From an uncultured Anaerolineae bacterium (GTDB lineage Bacteria > Chloroflexota > Anaerolineae > JAFGEY01), in NCBI GenBank assembly GCA_964481205.1, contig CAYZYE010000005.1, positions 1 through 49,975 of the forward strand: DNA of 49,975 bases. The letters run 5' to 3'. The position numbers and the translations under genes were made by a program. Positions 46,816 to 49,975 of the stretch are shown here, piece by piece; the first letter of the stretch is position 1, and each line of letters starts with the position of its first letter. The notes under the pieces were generated by a model that worked only from the letters and a program-made list of their open reading frames with translations, was not told the origin of the DNA and ran no database searches.

Positions 46816-47505
46816 ATGACTACCGCAGGACAGGATTTGATCGATATACCCGAAATTATCAGGACGGAACTTTTCTGTTCGCCGTACCTGCCATTGTATG
46901 CGCGGCAGTTGCAAATCTGGATGGAAAGGGAACAAGCCAGACGCGAGCAGTTTTATGAGGAAATGTCCGAGACGCAAAAAACAGAATTTATCAACGGGGA
47001 GGTGATTGTGCATTCACCGGTCAGGTCTTGCCACAATCTGGTTGGACAAAACTTGTTGCACTTGATGGGCACTTTTGTACGCAAACATAAACTAGGTTAC
47101 ATTGGATATGAGAAAATTCTCATCACGCTGACGCGCAATGATTATGAACCCGATCTTTGCTACTTTGGCCCGGCAAAAGCGCAGCACTTTACGCCGCAGC
47201 AGACCAGGTTTCCCGCTCCAGACTTTATAGCGGAAATCACTTCTCCAGGGACAGAGGCCAACGATCGGGGCATCAAATTTGAGGATTATGCGTTTCACGG
47301 TGTGCGTGAATATTGGATCATTGATCCAGAACAAGAATTTGTCGAACAATATTTTCTCCAAGATCGAGTTTACGAATTGCACTCCAAAGCGTTGACCGGC
47401 GTGTTGGAAAGCATCGCCATTGCGGGCTTTGTTATTCCGGTGCGGGCGATTTTCGACGAGGTGGAGCAATTTACGGCATTGCAAGCGCTGTTGAAAGGCG
47501 CGTAG
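46816..47505 (+). CDS. Uma2/DUF820 family putative endonuclease
   Basis: EFINGEV, PDL.YF, PD.IAEI.SP.T...DR..K..Y..GV.EYWIIDP; lower GC than its neighbours. Confidence 0.9.
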   Translation: MTTAGQDLIDIPEIIRTELFCSPYLPLYARQLQIWMEREQARREQFYEEMSETQKTEFINGEVIVHSPVRSCHNLVGQNLLHLMGTFVRKHKLGYIGYEKILITLTRNDYEPDLCYFGPAKAQHFTPQQTRFPAPDFIAEITSPGTEANDRGIKFEDYAFHGVREYWIIDPEQEFVEQYFLQDRVYELHSKALTGVLESIAIAGFVIPVRAIFDEVEQFTALQALLKGA

Positions 47506-47532
47506 GATCAAGTTTAACCACAAGGAGACAAA

Positions 47533-49611
47533 ATGCAAGTAATTCAAGATTTTCTCGTTCAGGCGGGTTTGACCAAAGAACAGGCGCTCGATCTGCTGCG
47601 GCAGATGTGGGAGATCCGCATGTTCGAAAACCGGGTTTATGAGCTGCTGGGGCAGAACATTATCAAGGGCGCGTCGCACCTTTACGCCGGGCAAGAGGCC
47701 GTCGCCGTGGGCGCGATCTCGACGCTGCGCGACGATGATTTGATCACCAGCACGCATCGCGGGCACGGGCACTGTCACGCGCGCGGCGCGGCGATCGCCA
47801 AGAGCGAAGCGGACAAGACGGCGCATTACAACAAAATGCTGGCCGAATTGTGCGGCCGGGCGACCGGCTACTGTCTGGGGCGCGGCGGTTCGATGCACAT
47901 TGCCGATGTCGAAAAGGGCAACCTTGGCGCGACCGGCATCGTCGGCGGCAACATTCCTGTGGCGGCCGGCGCGGCGTTGGCGCAGCAGATGCAGGGCAGC
48001 GACCGGGTGGTGCTCTGCTTTTTCGGCGACGGCGCAACCAACACCGGCAACTTTCACGAGGCGCTCAACCTGGCCTCGCGCTGGTGCCTGCCGGTCGTCT
48101 TTATCGCCGAAAACAACCTCTATGGGATGAGCGTGCCCTTTTGCAACGCTTCGGCGCTGATGGACATTGCCGATCGCGCCTGCGCTTATGGGATGGACGG
48201 CGAGGTCGTCGATGGCATGGATGTGCTCGCCGTGCGCGAGGCGGTCGCCAGAGCGGTGGAAAAAGCGCGTTTGGGCAAAGGGCCGACGCTGATCGAGGCC
48301 AAGACGTACCGCTATTACGGCCACAGCCGCTCTGACCCGCGCGCTTATCGCACCAAGACGGAAGAGCAAGAGTGGCACGACCGCGACGCGATCGAAACCT
48401 TTGCCGCCCGGCTGGTCGAGGCCGGCATTTGCACCCAGGCCGAGATCGACGCGCTAGAGGTCAAGGTCGAGGACGAGATCGACGCGGCGCAAGAATTTGC
48501 GCTCAATTCCCCCTTTCCAGACCCGGCCGAACTGGAAAAGTTTGTCTATGCGCCTTTTGTCTGGCGCGAGGAGGATTTTGCCCGCGAGCGCCGTTTGCGC
48601 AAACTGTGCAAGAACGCCGACGAGAACACGCCGGGGGTACACAAGGTACTGTACAAAGAGGCGCTGGTCGAGGCGGCGGACGAAGAGATGCAGCGCGACG
48701 AGCGCGTGTTCATTATGGGTGAAGATGTGGGCTTGTACGGCGGCGCCTATGGTGCGACCAAGGGGCTGTTTCAAAAATACGGCGTCGATCGCGTCAAGGA
48801 CACGCCGATCAGTGAGGCGACGATCGGCGGCGCGGCGGTCGGCGCGGCGATGGCCGGCATGCGCCCGGTGGCCGAGATCATGTATGTCGATTTTACGCCG
48901 TTGGCGATGGACCAGATCGCCAATCAGGGCGCCAAAAACCGTTACATGTTTGGCGGCAAGACCAAAGTGCCGATGGTCGTTCGTTCTGAGGGCGGTGCGG
49001 GGCGCAGCATCGCTGCCCATCACAGCCAGTCGCTCGAGGCGCTGTGGACGCATTTCCCCGGCATTTACGTGGTGATGCCGGCTACACCCTATGACGCCAA
49101 AGGCTTGCTCAAAGCAGCGATCCGCGACGACAACCCGGTGATGTTTATCGAACATAAAATGCTCTACAACACCGATGGTTACGTGCCCGACGAGGATTAC
49201 ATCATTCCCTATGGCGTCGCCGATGTCAAGCGCGAGGGCAACGACGTGACCGTCGTTACTTATAGCCGGATGGTGCTGCGCGCCCTGGAGGCAGCCGAAA
49301 AATTGGCCGAGGAGGGAATCAGCGTCGAGGTGATCGACCTGCGCACGCTCAAGCCGCTCGATATGGACACCGTCGCCGCGTCGGTGAAAAAGACCGGGCG
49401 CGTGGTCGGCGTGACCGAGGCGTACAAGACCGGCTCGTTCATCAGCGAGTTGGCGATGCGCATTCAGGAAGAGGTGTTCGACTGGCTCGACGCGCCGGTC
49501 GTCCGTGTCGCTGCCGCCGATGTGCCCGTGCCGATGAGCGAACCGCTGGAAGACGCCGATATTCCCAATGTCGAGGCGATCATTGCCGGGATTCGCCAGG
49601 TACTGAGATAA
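47533..49611 (+). CDS. fused TPP-dependent 2-oxoacid/acetoin dehydrogenase E1 alpha+beta
   Basis: HLYAGQEA, HRGHGH, GDGA..TGNFHEALN, YRYYGHS.SDP (alpha); GEDV, DTPISE, HHSQS, EHK.LY, DLRTL.PLD (beta). Confidence 0.92.
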   Translation: MQVIQDFLVQAGLTKEQALDLLRQMWEIRMFENRVYELLGQNIIKGASHLYAGQEAVAVGAISTLRDDDLITSTHRGHGHCHARGAAIAKSEADKTAHYNKMLAELCGRATGYCLGRGGSMHIADVEKGNLGATGIVGGNIPVAAGAALAQQMQGSDRVVLCFFGDGATNTGNFHEALNLASRWCLPVVFIAENNLYGMSVPFCNASALMDIADRACAYGMDGEVVDGMDVLAVREAVARAVEKARLGKGPTLIEAKTYRYYGHSRSDPRAYRTKTEEQEWHDRDAIETFAARLVEAGICTQAEIDALEVKVEDEIDAAQEFALNSPFPDPAELEKFVYAPFVWREEDFARERRLRKLCKNADENTPGVHKVLYKEALVEAADEEMQRDERVFIMGEDVGLYGGAYGATKGLFQKYGVDRVKDTPISEATIGGAAVGAAMAGMRPVAEIMYVDFTPLAMDQIANQGAKNRYMFGGKTKVPMVVRSEGGAGRSIAAHHSQSLEALWTHFPGIYVVMPATPYDAKGLLKAAIRDDNPVMFIEHKMLYNTDGYVPDEDYIIPYGVADVKREGNDVTVVTYSRMVLRALEAAEKLAEEGISVEVIDLRTLKPLDMDTVAASVKKTGRVVGVTEAYKTGSFISELAMRIQEEVFDWLDAPVVRVAAADVPVPMSEPLEDADIPNVEAIIAGIRQVLR

Positions 49612-49743
49612 TAAATACACGAGTTACGCAGTTCGAGTCATGGAGGGCGTTTTGCACCCGAGATATATCAAAAAGCAACTCGTTCTATCCAAGAACTCGA
49701 TGTTTGGGCCTTTCTAGTACTAGAGCAGGACTTTCCTGGGACC

Positions 49744-49975
49744 GTCATTCTGAGTGGGCTATGGCGCTGACGCGTCACGCTTTCAGCAAGAAACAGCACT
49801 TTCAAAGAGCTTGTCATTCCGAGCGTAGCGAGGAATCTCCTGGCTCTAATTTGACCAAGTTTGTTTCTTAGTAGGAGCGGAGCGACGAAGCCTGCCCTGA
49901 GCGCAGTCGAAGGGAATCTCCTCTTGTATGTTAAATTCAAGCCACGAGATTCTTCACTGCGCCGCCTGCGGCGGC
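49744..49975. repeat. cluster of GTCATTC(C/T)GAGC-type REP-like palindromes
   Basis: GTCATTCTGAG (49744), GTCATTCCGAGCGTAGCGAGGAATCTC (49813-49839), GAGCGGAGCGACGAAG-CCTGCCCTGAGCGCAGTCGAAGG-GAATCTC (to 49920), inverted GAGATTCTTCACTGCG (49946). Confidence 0.7.

Noticed and set aside
49620-49770. AT-rich stretch that might be a gene remnant
   Set aside because: Short frames with no recognisable homology.

Overview
GC-rich (about 60% by eye) bacterial chromosomal segment. Gene content suggests Chloroflexota, probably Anaerolineae-like (inference). There are three zones. (1) 1-8.6 kb: the 5' part of an inorganic pyrophosphatase-family gene and an intact, translationally coupled nuoA-B-CD-H-I-J-K-L-M-N operon with no nuoEFG. 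By-eye motif alignment shows it keeps every Fe-S cysteine ligand but has lost the quinone-site residues, the NuoH acidic loop, almost all charged proton-pumping residues of NuoL/M/N, and about half of NuoL. This apparent uncoupled 'pseudo-complex I' is the most striking signal in the window. (2) 9-23.7 kb: mixed housekeeping and accessory genes (solo Cas4-like nuclease, lipoprotein, STAS, Zn-ribbon, cNMP-binding protein, aldehyde:ferredoxin oxidoreductase, radical SAM, PHP, LysM and secreted proteins, tRNA-Val(CAC), WYL regulator, SGNH/fabG/MaoC). (3) 23.7-49.6 kb: a ~26 kb divergent, DeoR-associated sugar catabolic locus (two sulfatases, MFS, rhaA, rhaB, class II aldolase, GH95, two atypical URO-D-fold proteins, atypical PHP, SorE-like and SrlD-like dehydrogenases, fused E1 alpha/beta). 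Its intergenic spaces carry two related MITEs with target-site duplications, another dispersed repeat, and small AT-rich inserted genes. All family calls come from motif recognition by eye; no database searches were run.
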